Shown here: piece after piece, positions 51,611-64,000 of the stretch
Numbering within the stretch: position 1 is the stretch's first letter
Layout: each line of letters begins with the position of its first letter
Source of the DNA: Callorhinchus milii
Lineage: Eukaryota
Direction: 5' to 3'
DNA length: 64,000 nt
Assembly (NCBI RefSeq): GCF_018977255.1
Contig: NW_024704743.1
Span: forward strand, 60,762,001 to 60,826,000
The notes under the pieces: model-generated
The model's database searches: none
Told to the model about the DNA's origin: nothing
Seen by the model: the letters and a program-made list of their open reading frames with translations, nothing else
Position numbers and translations under genes: made by a program

Positions 51611-54600
51611 CACCCCAGAGTGTGAGTTGGGGCACTGCAGGAGTCTAACCAGCTAAAACCATATAGCCTGCCATTGATATCGCTGTCTGGCAATCTTAAG
51701 TGCAGGCAACTGAATGTGGAAGCATTTCAACAGGACTCACCTTTAGCTATTTATTTTTGATCACAGTTTGAACACCATTTCTTCCCCCCACCCACCCCCC
51801 AAGCTCGGACTCCCAGTTGATATGTGAAGCTCTTTGAGACATCCTCACAACATGAAAATTGCTATATAAATGTAAATTATTGTTGTGAACAAACTGGTTA
51901 TCATCTGCATTTGTTCCTTTAGAGGACACATATGGAGCATGTATCAGGCTCTCATTCTCTTTAAATGTATTTTCATGAAGGGTTTTCTACTGTAATTCTG
52001 CACAGTTTTGACAGTAAGATTATGTGACTATTATTGGGAAGAATAATTAACAAAACACCATGCATACTTTATAAATGCACAAATCAGCTTCCAAAGTTAT
52101 TAAAAATCTGAAAAATGTTGCAGGAAAGCAAAAATAATTAAAGGTAAATAAAGGTAATGAAATACTGGTCAATCAGCAAAGAATGCTAGTTGTGGCGAGC
52201 ACTGTTCACTCCATTCATCACCCACACCTGAATTTATTAACTTAAACCAGACTGTTTTTCATATTTCTGCATCAGCTACAATATATGGAGTAAGTTTTAT
52301 TAGTGGTAGAACTGGAGACATGCTCCACATTAGTTTAGAGTCAGTGAGGTTATGAATAGGTTCTGGCATTTTTTTCTTTTATATAGGGCAACCATGTTAT
52401 AAGGATCTCCCCAAGCTCCTCAGTATAGTATGGCTTCACTGATAGCCCTGGTGTCCTGTGGACCTGCACTAATGGCTGACTTCTCACTTGGGAAAAACCA
52501 CAGCATTAAGTACTCTATGCGTGGGGAGTGTCGCTGGCATGTACAGCACGCTGCGAACACAAAGCATTTCTATCATTGTTTGGTGCATGCTAACATAATA
52601 ATAATAATCTTTGGACTTGGTATAGGGCCTTTCACATCTGGAGGACTCAAAGCGCTTCACAGAATGTACTGTTAAAGGTAGCGACTGGGTATTTTGTAGG
52701 TAAAAATAGCAGCCAATTTGCGTACAGCAAATCCCCACAGACAGGCATGAATTAAATGACAATTTTATTAAATTTGGGGGATTGTCCACTAGGACTTCAG
52801 GAGAAATTCGCTTCTCTTTTCGAATAGTGCCTTGGGATCTTTAATGCCCACCAGAACATGTAACATTTTGCACAGCAAGGAGCCTTTGGCCTATCATGTC
52901 TGTGCCACTGAATCGTGTTTTTTCTGTATCACCTTTTGTTTTATTAATCCCACTTTTCAGTATTTTTATGTTTTTGTAGCTCAGGTGTTTATCAGTTTGC
53001 TTTTGAATGATTCTATTGATCAAACCTCAAGAGCTACTTCTGTTAATGAATTCCATACCCTAACAAACCTCTGTGCAAAGAAATTCCTGAGTGAAGAAGG
53101 AATAGGCCATTCAGTAAGTTTGTGCTGAGTCTCTCGTTGGAACGTGTTTAAGTGTCTCACCAGTGCTGGAAAATTCCACCCTACAGTTGGGTTGGGGTGG
53201 GTGATTTTCAAACTGAAAAACAAAATAATGTGTTAAAGTATGAATGGCATCAGTGTATATGTCCTTCTTTAATCCTTCCCATTTATTGCTCTTTCCTTCT
53301 GCGAGATATCCTTGCAACATGAAATGTGCGGTATAAATGTAAATTGTATTGTAAATAGTATTATCTGACTTGTTGAGTCTTGTTGAAATCGGAATTTTAA
53401 ACTCCTTTTCTTTCCTTTGATTTCCTTTCTTATAATGTTTCTTCTGATTAAATGGGCACTGTCCTCTTTAAAATTATTACAGTTTACTGTTTGGGGAGAG
53501 AGGCGGTCTAGAAATGCCATAAGACCTTTTCATCACTTTGTGTACCATTTTGTTTTTCCTGGCCTTTTATGAAAACGATTGCTATTCGATTAGGAAGTAG
53601 ATATAAACATGACAATTGGACTATAGTCCTGGTCAACAAATCCCTCAAAATAAAAAATTGGTCAGTAATCACGGTTGTTTGTGGGACACCGTTGTGCACA
53701 ACTGACTGCCTTGTTTCGCCCACAAAATAGTCAAACCACTTTACAATATATTCTGTAAAGCGCTTTGAGATGTCTCGATGACTTGATGAGGCGCTATATT
53801 AAATTATTATTATTATTATAGTCTCACCTTATTCCTTATTTGGAAGCTGATACAAGGGCTAGAAAAACAATAAATGTAAATGTGTAAGTTTTATTATACA
53901 ATACAATGAAATTTACACGTGTATAGTGCCTTTCAAGGTGAGAGGCGTCCCTTGGTGCCCAAAAATACCAGCTTGGCACCTGGCTGGGGATGGGAGTCTA
54001 GATGGGCGTGGAGAAGATGACCAAAAGCATAATCAAAGAGGTAGATCTTGAGACGGACCTTGAACTAAGTGAGGAAGGAAGTGAGTTGGAGAGATTCCTG
54101 AATGGAATTCCAAAGAGTCGGGACAGAAAGGCTAAAGCCCCACATATTGCTGGTGAGGAGAACTCAGTCTTTTGGGGAATGAGGAGCCTACACTGGTGAG
54201 GGACTTGGTTATTAAGAGCAACACTGAGAATGAAGTATTAAAACTGCTGGACTTTGGCTGGGCAGAATTATAAACAGCATTGTGTGCAATCTGGTCCAAA
54301 TATGTGGAAGTTACAAAAGAAAAATTCTCAGAAATTTGCAAGGGGTAAAATACTTTCTGTTGACGATGAGATCACATGGGCCGAAGTGCTTTCTTTTGGG
54401 ATCTTGTATACTTTACTATGGATACAATATTGCAAAAGTATTGCATTTTATATGTGAGCCCATGATGCAACATGTGCTTGGATTAGCAGCTGCCTTCAGG
54501 GTGAATATTAAAAACAGCTTTACTTAGAACAGTGTGGTGTCATATTCATTCAACACAATTACAATACAATCAGTCAATGTCCTGTCTAGGTGTGAGTGCT

Positions 54601-55124
54601 GTTCATATCACTGTGTAAATAAAGAGATGGAGAATGTTCCTCTTTCCAGGAAGGTATAAAGTTATGATTAGTTATTGCAATATTTCAGCCAAAATATAAC
54701 ATTGGAGTTAGCTGGTGATTTTGGACAATGTATTTGGTCAGTACAGAGTGGGAGTCAGATATTGGCAAACAGACATCACCTGTGAACGAAGAAATCATTC
54801 ATAATAATCAATGTATTTGACATAGCATCTTATCTCATTGTAGACATGTCTCGAAGAGCTTAACAGGGCTTGATAAGTGCTAATCCTTGCAGCCAATTTG
54901 CACACAGTAATTCTGCAGCTCTTAAAATAAACTTAAATGACTTCAAATTTAAGGCTGTGTTTTTTTTTAAGAATTTGTCTAATGCTGGGCGCTCCGAGTG
55001 GCTGGGAAAGCAAAGTGAATCTGGACCCAGGTGCCAATTTCTGTCCATTGAGGATACAATGTTTAACCAAGGCCTCTCCAGGTGAACCTTCAAATCCCAT
55101 GGCACTGTTTGAAAGAGGGAGTTT

Positions 55125-55300
55125 AAACAAAACACAAAATACTGCAGAGGCTGGAAATCTGAAACAGAAACAGAGAGGGCTGGGAACCCTCAGCAGGTCA
55201 GGCAGCATCTATGGAGAAAGGAAAGTGAGTCAACGTTTCAGGTCCACCACCTGTCGAAACGTTGACTCACTTTCCTTTCTCCATAGATGCTGAGTGTGCC
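55125..55300. mobile_element. Penelope-like terminal relic with inverted duplication
   Basis: aaatactgcagaggctggaaatctgaaa...ctcagcaggtcaggcagcatct resembles an abundant chondrichthyan repeat end I associate with Penelope-like elements (recalled, not searched); contains a perfect 37-bp inverted repeat. Confidence 0.6.
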
Positions 55301-57549
55301 CAACTCTCTCTGGTGTTGATCAGTCGCGTAAAAGGGGCGGTTTCGAAGCTAAGACGATGCAAACTCAACAATTTGTCAAATGCAGCTCACTCTGAAAAGC
55401 TAAGAGTATGGAGTAAATCTAAACCCCAGGTGGTATTTGTCCTGCACGATGCAGTGTGCAGTGCCCTGCGTTTAGCCACACCAGTCCAGCTCAGACTGCT
55501 GGCCATCAGCTTCTCCTGATGCCTCGACCCCTTAACACATTGCCATCTATTATCTGGGCGCTCATTTCGCGAGCAAAATAAATCAAGTGACATTTTTTGC
55601 CAAGGAAATGTGCTCTGGAGCGAGTCAAACCCTTTCTGCAATAATACAAAACAGATACGCCCAGAGTTCCCCCAGAGTTAGACTTCATTCTGGAAACCCG
55701 TTTCCTCCCTTCAGAACGAGCACCAAAACTCAGTCACTAACCTTTCGGTGCAGATCCCAAGCTTTAGCTCACGTTAACTGTGCAGCGAGTTTGCTTTTTT
55801 TAAATGAAATTTGTTAGCTTTTTTTTTGGTGTGTGTGGGGTGGGTGTCAATTAATCTGAAAAAAAAAATGCAATAAATGTAGTTTTTACTGAAAACACTT
55901 TTGTCCAGGATTTTGTTAATATTTTACTGAAAGTCACACAAAAAATAAAGGAATTAAAATTTAGCAACCACTCCTTTTGGATTATTTTTGATCTGGGACG
56001 TATTTTGCAGACTTTTTCTGCAGTTTCCGCGTGGGTAAAATATATATATAGATAGATAGATAATATCTACATAGCTGTGGACAAACAGATCGCGATTAAC
56101 AAACGCTTCCCAACCTTCGAGGAAACCTGTTGACGTTATTTCTCTCCAGACAACTGCACTGAAAAGAGTTCATGAAAGCCGACGCGTGGATTGTGCAGCG
56201 CTGGTTTCCAACCCTCTGTCTCCAGGTTGGTTGAGCTGAGGTATGTTTCCCTGTAATACTGTGACTTGATCCCTTCTGAACTGCCTTTCCTTTCAATGTT
56301 ATCAATGTCCGAAGTTCGTGAATAATTCAGTCCATTGCACTTTTCTTTTAAACTTGTACGTGCGTTGATTGATATTGATGCACTATTTGTAATGGATTAT
56401 TTATTTGTGGTTTGTATCATTATTTAGTCAAGTCCTTTGCTGTGTTCTTGGTTTTCTTAAATTTTCTTATTGATTCATTTTGCTTTGGACGAAACTGACT
56501 TGCAATTGACACAAAATATAGGGAGTCCAGATGATATGATCAGCTCTGGGACACTAACTCTGCGGAATAAATACGAAGTCAGGTCTGCTCTCGTCATTGA
56601 TTAAATACATTCACACACCCCAAGGATGCAAAGTCAACACCTAACTTAAATTGAATTAAATGAGTGAGTTTCGAAACTAATGAAAATTAAAATATTTGCT
56701 ATTCAAGTAATGCCCTATCCCCAACTTACTTGCGGTAATGCTACTTTAGTATCACACTATTTAATACCTCTTCCAGATTTCTAAATCAAGAGTGTGCAAC
56801 ACTGTTCGAGGTTTCAAAAAAGTTTTTTTTTTAAAAAAACCGATCAGGTCACTTCTTGAATAAAAGTGACAGTGTTGGCCGGTGGAGTGAAAGTCAGTCT
56901 TTCAGTCCAGTATATATTTTTTTCATCTCTGCATTTAAAAACAGGAACAGGAAAGAATGCAATGAATGGCTTTTTTTTAAAAAATTACAAAAAAGTCAAT
57001 AAGCTGTAGGGAAGCTTCACCTTGTTCGGCCTCAGATGATGAGGACTCCCCCCCCCAGTCCTGTGGTCGGCTGTCAGCTGGGGCCTGGTTGGATTTCAGT
57101 CCATGGTAAGGAATAGCATCAGGGAAACCAGCGATCGCTCCATGTTACACAGCTCTGGCTTCTGAGCACCACCTGAAATCATTGCCTCTTATCAGCCACA
57201 TTACCAGGAGCCTGTGACCTGGTCCCAGCGAGGATCAGCTTCAATACAGCCTCAGGTAACCACATGAAACTCCTGTCTAAGAGGGGAGAGCAAAGGGGAT
57301 CCTCTCAGATGCAGTAGTGTTTGACAAGGGGAACCATTCCTCACTGTTAGCTTTTACTGGCTCTAAAAATAACAGCACAGATATGTGTATTTCAGTTCAG
57401 GGCTAAAATATTCCCCGTAAAAACTAATGAAGTCACTTGTGCCGGGTGGATCCAGGCCTCCATCTGCTCCTCTGAACATATCAAGTACTGTATATACCTT
57501 ATTATTAAAAATAATAATCATAGTCTATTTTCTAATCAGTTTATAACCA

Positions 57550-58500
57550 TTCGAGGCGGTTCTGTGCGGTGTGCAATGCAAAATGCAATCTGATTTTGTA
57601 GTTCACATCTTCTCTCCGGCAACGTGTCAAAAGTGACTGTTTAACACCGATGGGCTGTTTAACCAATTGCTCATTGCGCCACACATAACACTGACATCTG
57701 CAGCTTGACTGCATGTGTACTGTCTGGTAACAAATGCAGTTGTGGTGAGAAATGAGTGGGAGCTTAATGTGCTGTGTCCTCCACCCAGTGAGTTCAATCT
57801 GCAAAACGGTGGGTTGTCTCCGAATGCGTGATTTTCGGATTTTTTTGCAGTAACAGTTTAAACGGGTCTTCGACTGAACACGCGTTTCTCTGAGCGCGGT
57901 GTAAGTCGCTGATGAAAGAGCAGCGCTCTGCGTGTTGGATGTGAGTGTGTAAACTGTTGCAGTTTGCGCTGGCGATGTGTGGTGAGCGGAGGCGCTCAGA
58001 ATTGCAGAGACTCAGAGACTCAGAGACTGTGGAGGCAGATCAGTCAGTCAAGTCACTGTGCAGTTACCAACAGCGAGGAGACAAGAAAGCACCACACTCA
58101 CAGTCAGTCAGTCAGTCAGTCAGTCATTCATTGACAACCAGCCTTTCACAGCGTGGCTCTCATTCAGGCTGTGTGACACTATTGGATTGAAACTGGCATC
58201 CAGCAAAAGAGAGAGAGAGAGGGAGAGGGAGAGAGAGGAACATATTCAATATTCAGTCATTGGAATTACAGGAAGCAATACGGCACATTGAATTCCAACC
58301 ATCCGAATTCATTCCATTGAAGGAACACTCCCATCAGTTGGGATTTCTCATCTGCAAAGAAACGAGCAAGAAAGAGAGCCACAGATTTGCTGCCACCTTG
58401 ACTCAGCTCATCGGTAAAGCAAGCGCCTCGTAGGTATGCATTTTCTATATATTCTTTAATTTTTTTTCTCTCCCAACAGCGACGTGAGGGTAAACTCTCG
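57550..58500 (+). promoter_or_regulatory. CpG-enriched, repeat-free promoter / non-coding exon region of the next gene (possibly CALCR)
   Basis: Visible CpG enrichment, CCAAT boxes (57663, 58181 reverse), (CAGT)n and (GA)n tracts, and + strand splice signals; gene identity is inferred from synteny only. Confidence 0.45.
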
Positions 58501-59506
58501 ATCCTTACTGTCAGATGGTGGTCATTGGTAACAGTGTCGGCTAATTCCCAATATTCCCAAGTAGTGTGTGTGTGTGTGTTCTGTCTCTAATGGGCAATTA
58601 AACCGCAGTTTAAACAAGGGATCCCGAGTGGGTTAGTGCCATGTTTGACAAGACATTAATGATGTGCACCCCACACAGACCTGCCTCGGAAACACAGACA
58701 CCCTGGGTAAATAACAACTGATTTCCAGAGTGGTGTGTGTGGGGTGTGTGTGGGGGGGACTGAAGTAACTGTCCTCCACAATAGCGTCTCACAGTTAGTG
58801 TAGGGGATAAATGAATTGAAGCATCCATTAAAAGGGCTGTAGACAGGTACACGTTGATCAGCGCCGACCACAGAACTAATGCCTCAGGGAGTCCTGAAGT
58901 TTATTTAGTTTTGTCTGAACTAAGTCATTTTCTGTAACTGTAAGATGTTTGTAATCTGCTCTGATCAGCACCTTTTTTTTTACTGGGAGATAAATAAGTC
59001 TGCCATACGCCATATGCCATCCACTGAACTGAGAATAAAAAGTTGACAGCAAAAATGTATGTTAATATCATTCCAGTATTTGCACACTATTCTGTAGCGC
59101 CTTTTCGGGGGGAGAAGTTTGGAGACGAACTGGCGGACTGTTTCTTTAGACGGAGAACCACTTTGTTGTATTATTTTAAAAATGGTGGCAACGAGGAAGA
59201 GAATATCTGCTACATGTGTAAGAAAAATAACCAATGAAGACTAATTTGCAAATAGGCCGCAACTGCTTTTAAAAGGTAACAGTCAATTAGAGCACATTAC
59301 ACTCCAAATGAAAAAAAGTTAAACAAAGTATTTGGGTTACTTTGCTTTGCTTTACTATACATATATAATATATGTATATACAAGTAGTACAATTTCTTAA
59401 TGTTATACACGTATTACTTGTTTCCCTTTGTCGATTTCATCTATAGACACTTTTTTTAATTCTGCAAGATGTTTATACAAAGTGGATTCACAGGGCTGTC
59501 CCCCCC

Positions 59507-59545
59507 ACACACATACACACACATACACACATACACACATACATG
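59507..59545 (+). repeat. (CA)/(CATACA) microsatellite
   Basis: Directly visible. Confidence 0.9.
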
Positions 59546-59879
59546 TATAACAACCCGAATGATAGAAATCTGAATAAAGACACCACAGAACACACTGTAA
59601 ATATACAGCAGGTCAATCGGCATCTGATAAGAGGCAAACAGGATAACTTTCCGTTCTGACCCTTCATCTCTAATCTCTGATCACATCCAAAATATTAGTC
59701 TATCGCCTGCTCTCTTTGGCCGCCCAGTGAGCATGAGGTACATTTCCAACAATTTTTTGATTCAATCTAATCATTTTATGCGCAGCAAAACAATTACCTG
59801 AGATAAAATATGATGTTTTGTAAAGGATTGCGAGGTTTGTTTTAACAATCCGGACAATTATGAATAGTGCAACATGCAG

Positions 59880-59952
59880 TATGTATGCATGTATGCATGT
59901 ATGTATGTATGCATGTATGTATGTATGTATGCATGTATGCATGTATGCATGT
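59880..59952 (+). repeat. (ATGT/ATGC)n tetranucleotide microsatellite
   Basis: Directly visible. Confidence 0.95.
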
Positions 59953-60899
59953 AGGCAGTGTAAAATGTGTGTATTGTAGACTCTAAAGTAACCAAACCTT
60001 ACAATACTGTAAATAACCCTTTATTACTGATACACCAGTGCGGCGGAAACGTCTGTCTGTATTTTAACACTTAAACCCTGATCTAAGTTTATGCCCCGAC
60101 AAACTTGCCATTTGCAAGAGTGACCTGCAGATACAGAGCAAGATTCAAACCGGTTTTATTTATTTAGCAATTTGGTCTAAATTGTGCAGACGTTAGATCA
60201 AAGTAGGACGGGCCAAGCAACTGAGTGGCAAGCGACCCTTTTTAAGCAATACTGTTTTTTTTGGTATTAAAATAAAATCCCAAATGTATCAAGCATTATA
60301 AAACCCAATAAATAGTACAATCTCCACTCAATCCAACTTGCTCTGCACCACACGGTACTCAGGTGCTGGGGTTGACCTGCACCGATGCCCAAACTGGACA
60401 GGGATTTGGTGACTGAGTTTCAGCAGCAGCACTGCCCTGTGGCCACTGGTGTCAAACCTATTTAATGGCTCTCAGCGCAAAATCGCCCCCAAAAGCTTTT
60501 AAGAAACCCTTTTTCACCCCCAACAAAGCAAAGCAGCGGATTAGCGCAAACTGCCGACAGCGCAGCTCCGAATCTGTTTGGAGAGACACAGAGACATAAC
60601 GGAATGGAAAGCCCTCTCACTCACCCACTCACTCACTCAGATGTTTATTTATTTACGTTTTGCTGCGCAAAAAAAACAATCGATGGAGACATCGGGACCC
60701 GCACCATCTGCTCTGAACAGCTTTCATCTCAATTTTGAAACGTTGATATTATGAGTTGGGCTCAATATATGCATTACAACAAAAATCCCATTTATTAAAC
60801 AGTCGTTAACTCGCAATAACACCCATATGCTCTCGGAGAGACTAATTACCTGTGTATTAATAAAAAGGGCAGACTGTACCGTTAGCCCGTTGAGTGGTC

Positions 60900-61199
60900 T
60901 ATATAAGTGTCCAGGCACAGTACAGAGCAATGTGTAGCACAGACCGGCACCTGAGTCACACGAAGACTGAGATACGGACCATCGCTGAAAATATCAGCCA
61001 ACAGGACTGTGTCAGCCCACAAGTCCAGAACATGGACCACTCCGCTCTCAGAAGGTCGCCACTGAACCTCCCAGAAATAAACCAACACCATCGCCGGAGG
61101 GGCGCAGCTTTTATTGCTGTGGTTGTTTATCAGAGCTCACACACACGGATCCGGTTTCTTCCCGCAAGTCACAGCGCGTTAACATGACAGAGGCAGCAG
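60900..61199 (+). promoter_or_regulatory. Candidate TATA promoter and first exon
   Basis: TATATAAG at 60900, CpG-rich ~270-nt segment, strong CAG|GTGAGG donor at 61199/61200 followed by G runs. Confidence 0.45.
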
Positions 61200-64000
61200 G
61201 TGAGGCGGGGGGTGGGGGGAGTGGGGGGGGAGACCGCAAGTTTGTGTAGGAGACATACTGTGGGTACAGAGCGGGGTCCTGGATCAGAGGGGGGGAAGGG
61301 GCTGATCACATCAGATCATTGCTTAAGAAAGACCAGTTTGCAACAGAGATAGGCTTCTACCTAAGAGAAAATAACACCTGCAAAATAAATCTCATCTGCA
61401 CCATTACCCATCCTGTAATATATATATTTCCCCCACAAAAATATACAGTCAACTCACTTGACAGTATATTCCGTAAAGCGCTTTGAGACGCCCCGAAGAC
61501 GTGATAAGGCGCTATGTCAAAGCAATAATTATTATAATGTTTATTATATATATTATATATTATTATATTATATTTCACGCTTCGAGTTTATGCAATTAAT
61601 TTTTTTTAGCAACAGCATTGGGTTTATTGTCTCAAACCCAATCCCAATGTTATGATACACATTAGTATTAATTATATTTTATTTCAAAATAATATTTTAT
61701 AATTGCAGGTGTTATTTTCTCTGAGGTAGAACGCCATCTCTGTTTCAAACTCGTCTTCCTTCAGCATTGCATAGTGTGTCATAACATTGGGGTAGACTGG
61801 GAACAACACGCTTATGCAGGTTGGGTAAAAGGAAACTATAAAGTGTGAAATCGTTGCATGAAAAACTGCACCAACTGACGTTTACTTATTATTCTAAACC
61901 TTTTGCCCCGCGGGATGGTAATTTAACATTTCCTAACACAGGGTTAGGAGCAAAGCGTGTTTGATGGGGCTCAGGTAGCTTTTAAAGGCACTTACCATTG
62001 CAAACCAATCTAACGATTGCCAACATCTGGATTAAATCCAACCAGATGTCTTCCCTTGATTTCAGAGTAAAATGCCCATAGCGTCCTTAATCTTCCTCAA
62101 GCCATTGCTTGTACGCTCTGACACAGTTCCAGAAAATGTATTGGTTTAAAACTCCAAACTGTCCTTAAAAACAAACCCCAGTGCTTTTACGGTGGAGGAA
62201 AATGGATTACGTTTCTGACCTTTGCAGTTCGGGTTTTTATGGTATCACACAAAATAATGTATCAGTGAGATCGATTAATATTAATGCACTAAAATTAGTA
62301 AACGGCTGCAATGTCTGAGATTATTTGGAAAGTAGGTTTGGATGCTGATTTGGGGTAAGAGGATGAATGATTGGAAAGGAGCTGATCCCTGACATTGCGG
62401 GTAACCAGAAGGGGGCACTGTGCGCTCGTTTAATTTTTCTGGGCTTCTTGACACTCACTCACTCATTGCTTCAGTGACTCGGATGGTCTTCAAATCCTAC
62501 TCCTTAAAGAGTATAATCTTCATGCAAAAGTCATACACCAATATGAGTTCGAAACGTACAATGCCTAAGTTAACCAGCTAGAAATAAACCGATGGTAGAG
62601 AAATTGTCAGTCCAATAAAATGGGGAAGTGTTTGGAATAGTCACTTTAAATACATAATAATTGCATTTGAGTTTATAATGTTAGAAGGTCTTACTTTATT
62701 TTTTGCAATGACCAGTATGCATCAAAAGGCTCACTTTGAGAACCAATTATACTCGAGTGTAATAGAGACAACTATTTGGACTTAATAATAATTTATTGAT
62801 AATAATAATCTTGCATTGATATAATGCCTTACCAGGTCACCCAAATGTCTCAAAGCAGGACTTACTGTAACGCATAGTGACAGTGTATTTTAGGTGAATT
62901 AATAATATGCAGTGTAACAAAAATGTACAAATTGATTTTACGTTTTAACATTTGAAAAGCATTGACGGGTTTATAGTGTGTACAATCCTTTTATTCCCAA
63001 CAAAGGATTGCTAAGAAACTGAACTCAACATGGCAGTGTGCAGCAGCCGTCAGCAATGAAACCCTGCACATTGGATTAATTGGGTGGAAAGAGTACAGTA
63101 TGTACTGAGGAAGACTTTTTAATTGTAATTGTGTTAGGGGAGGGGTATTGCATTGAAACTCATTACAAACTTAACACGCAAACCCTTTACTTGTATACAA
63201 TAGATTACTTCTAGCTGAAGATTACTTATACATTTCCCATAAAAGAAATTGCAGACATTGTAGGGAGCACTCGGTATTTTTCAAAAGTGTTTTTAGCTCT
63301 GATCTCAGGAAGATACTTTTTTGACATTTCCACATTGTCATTTAGCACTGCTTTTCAACATAGAGCTGTGTTGTGCTCACCTGTCTTGTGGGGATGACAC
63401 TAACAGTTCCAAAACCTTCTCAGCCTCTGACCTTCCGCAGCTGTATTGAGAATTTTTGATTATGAACTGCTACTTGGTCACTACTTTCAGACTGTGTGCC
63501 GTAGAACCCTGGAGCTCCTCGGGAATAATTGCTGCAATTTTGCAACAAGAACTTAACAGGATATTTTATTTTGAGGATACTTAAGAGGCAACTGTGAGCG
63601 GTCTGCCTTACATTTGCAGGAGATTGGCATGTCTGGAGCAGGCTTTAACGTTTTTACTTTCACTACAGTTAAAAAAAACTCCTCATGAGATCAGAGATGG
63701 CTGACACCTTGTGTGTATTTATATTCTTATAAAAGTGTGTTAGCTTCTGTCTACGCGAGTGAATGGGTCGATTATAAATAAAGTTATCCTTGTGTACATT
63801 AGTGGGAAGTGTAGATGGATGTAGTGGAATCAGAATTTGTGATGGTAGGCCTATAAGATGAACCATACAGGGAATACACTCAAGGTATTTACACAGATGA
63901 ATTAATCATCCTTGTGAATGATTTATTGAGATTTACTTCTGTGATAATCTAGTGTTAGAAGAGGTGATTATTATATAAATTCTGAAAAGTACGCATTTTT

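Noticed and set aside
60425..60456. CTCF-like tggccactggtgtcaa
   Set aside because: It needs a one-base gap in the core to fit the consensus.
58500..64000. CALCR coding exons or its intronic miR-489/miR-653
   Set aside because: I saw no class B GPCR peptide and no recognisable mature miRNA sequence; they would be expected further downstream if the synteny holds.

Overview
Vertebrate genomic DNA, most likely from a cartilaginous fish (chimaera or shark), judged from dense tRNA-derived Deu-domain SINEs, L2 and CR1 LINE fragments and a Penelope-like relic. The one protein-coding gene I can support is a complete five-exon TFPI2 orthologue on the + strand. Its CDS is 3892-3961, 8538-8717, 10113-10292, 10403-10576 and 11358-11458: 705 nt, 234 aa, with a signal peptide, three Kunitz domains and a basic tail. 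The most notable feature is Kunitz domain 2, which has lost both cysteines of the reactive-loop disulfide (BPTI C14-C38) but keeps Arg at P1. About 45 kb of repeat-rich intergenic DNA follows, with nested SINE/LINE insertions, a recurrent ~240-bp palindromic MITE-like family, several hairpins and a candidate CTCF site. From about 55 kb the sequence is CpG-richer and repeat-poor, with promoter and splice signals; synteny suggests the non-coding 5' end of CALCR, but no CALCR coding sequence is visible. Most ORFs in the supplied track are retroelement debris or chance frames. Repeat boundaries were read by eye and are approximate.
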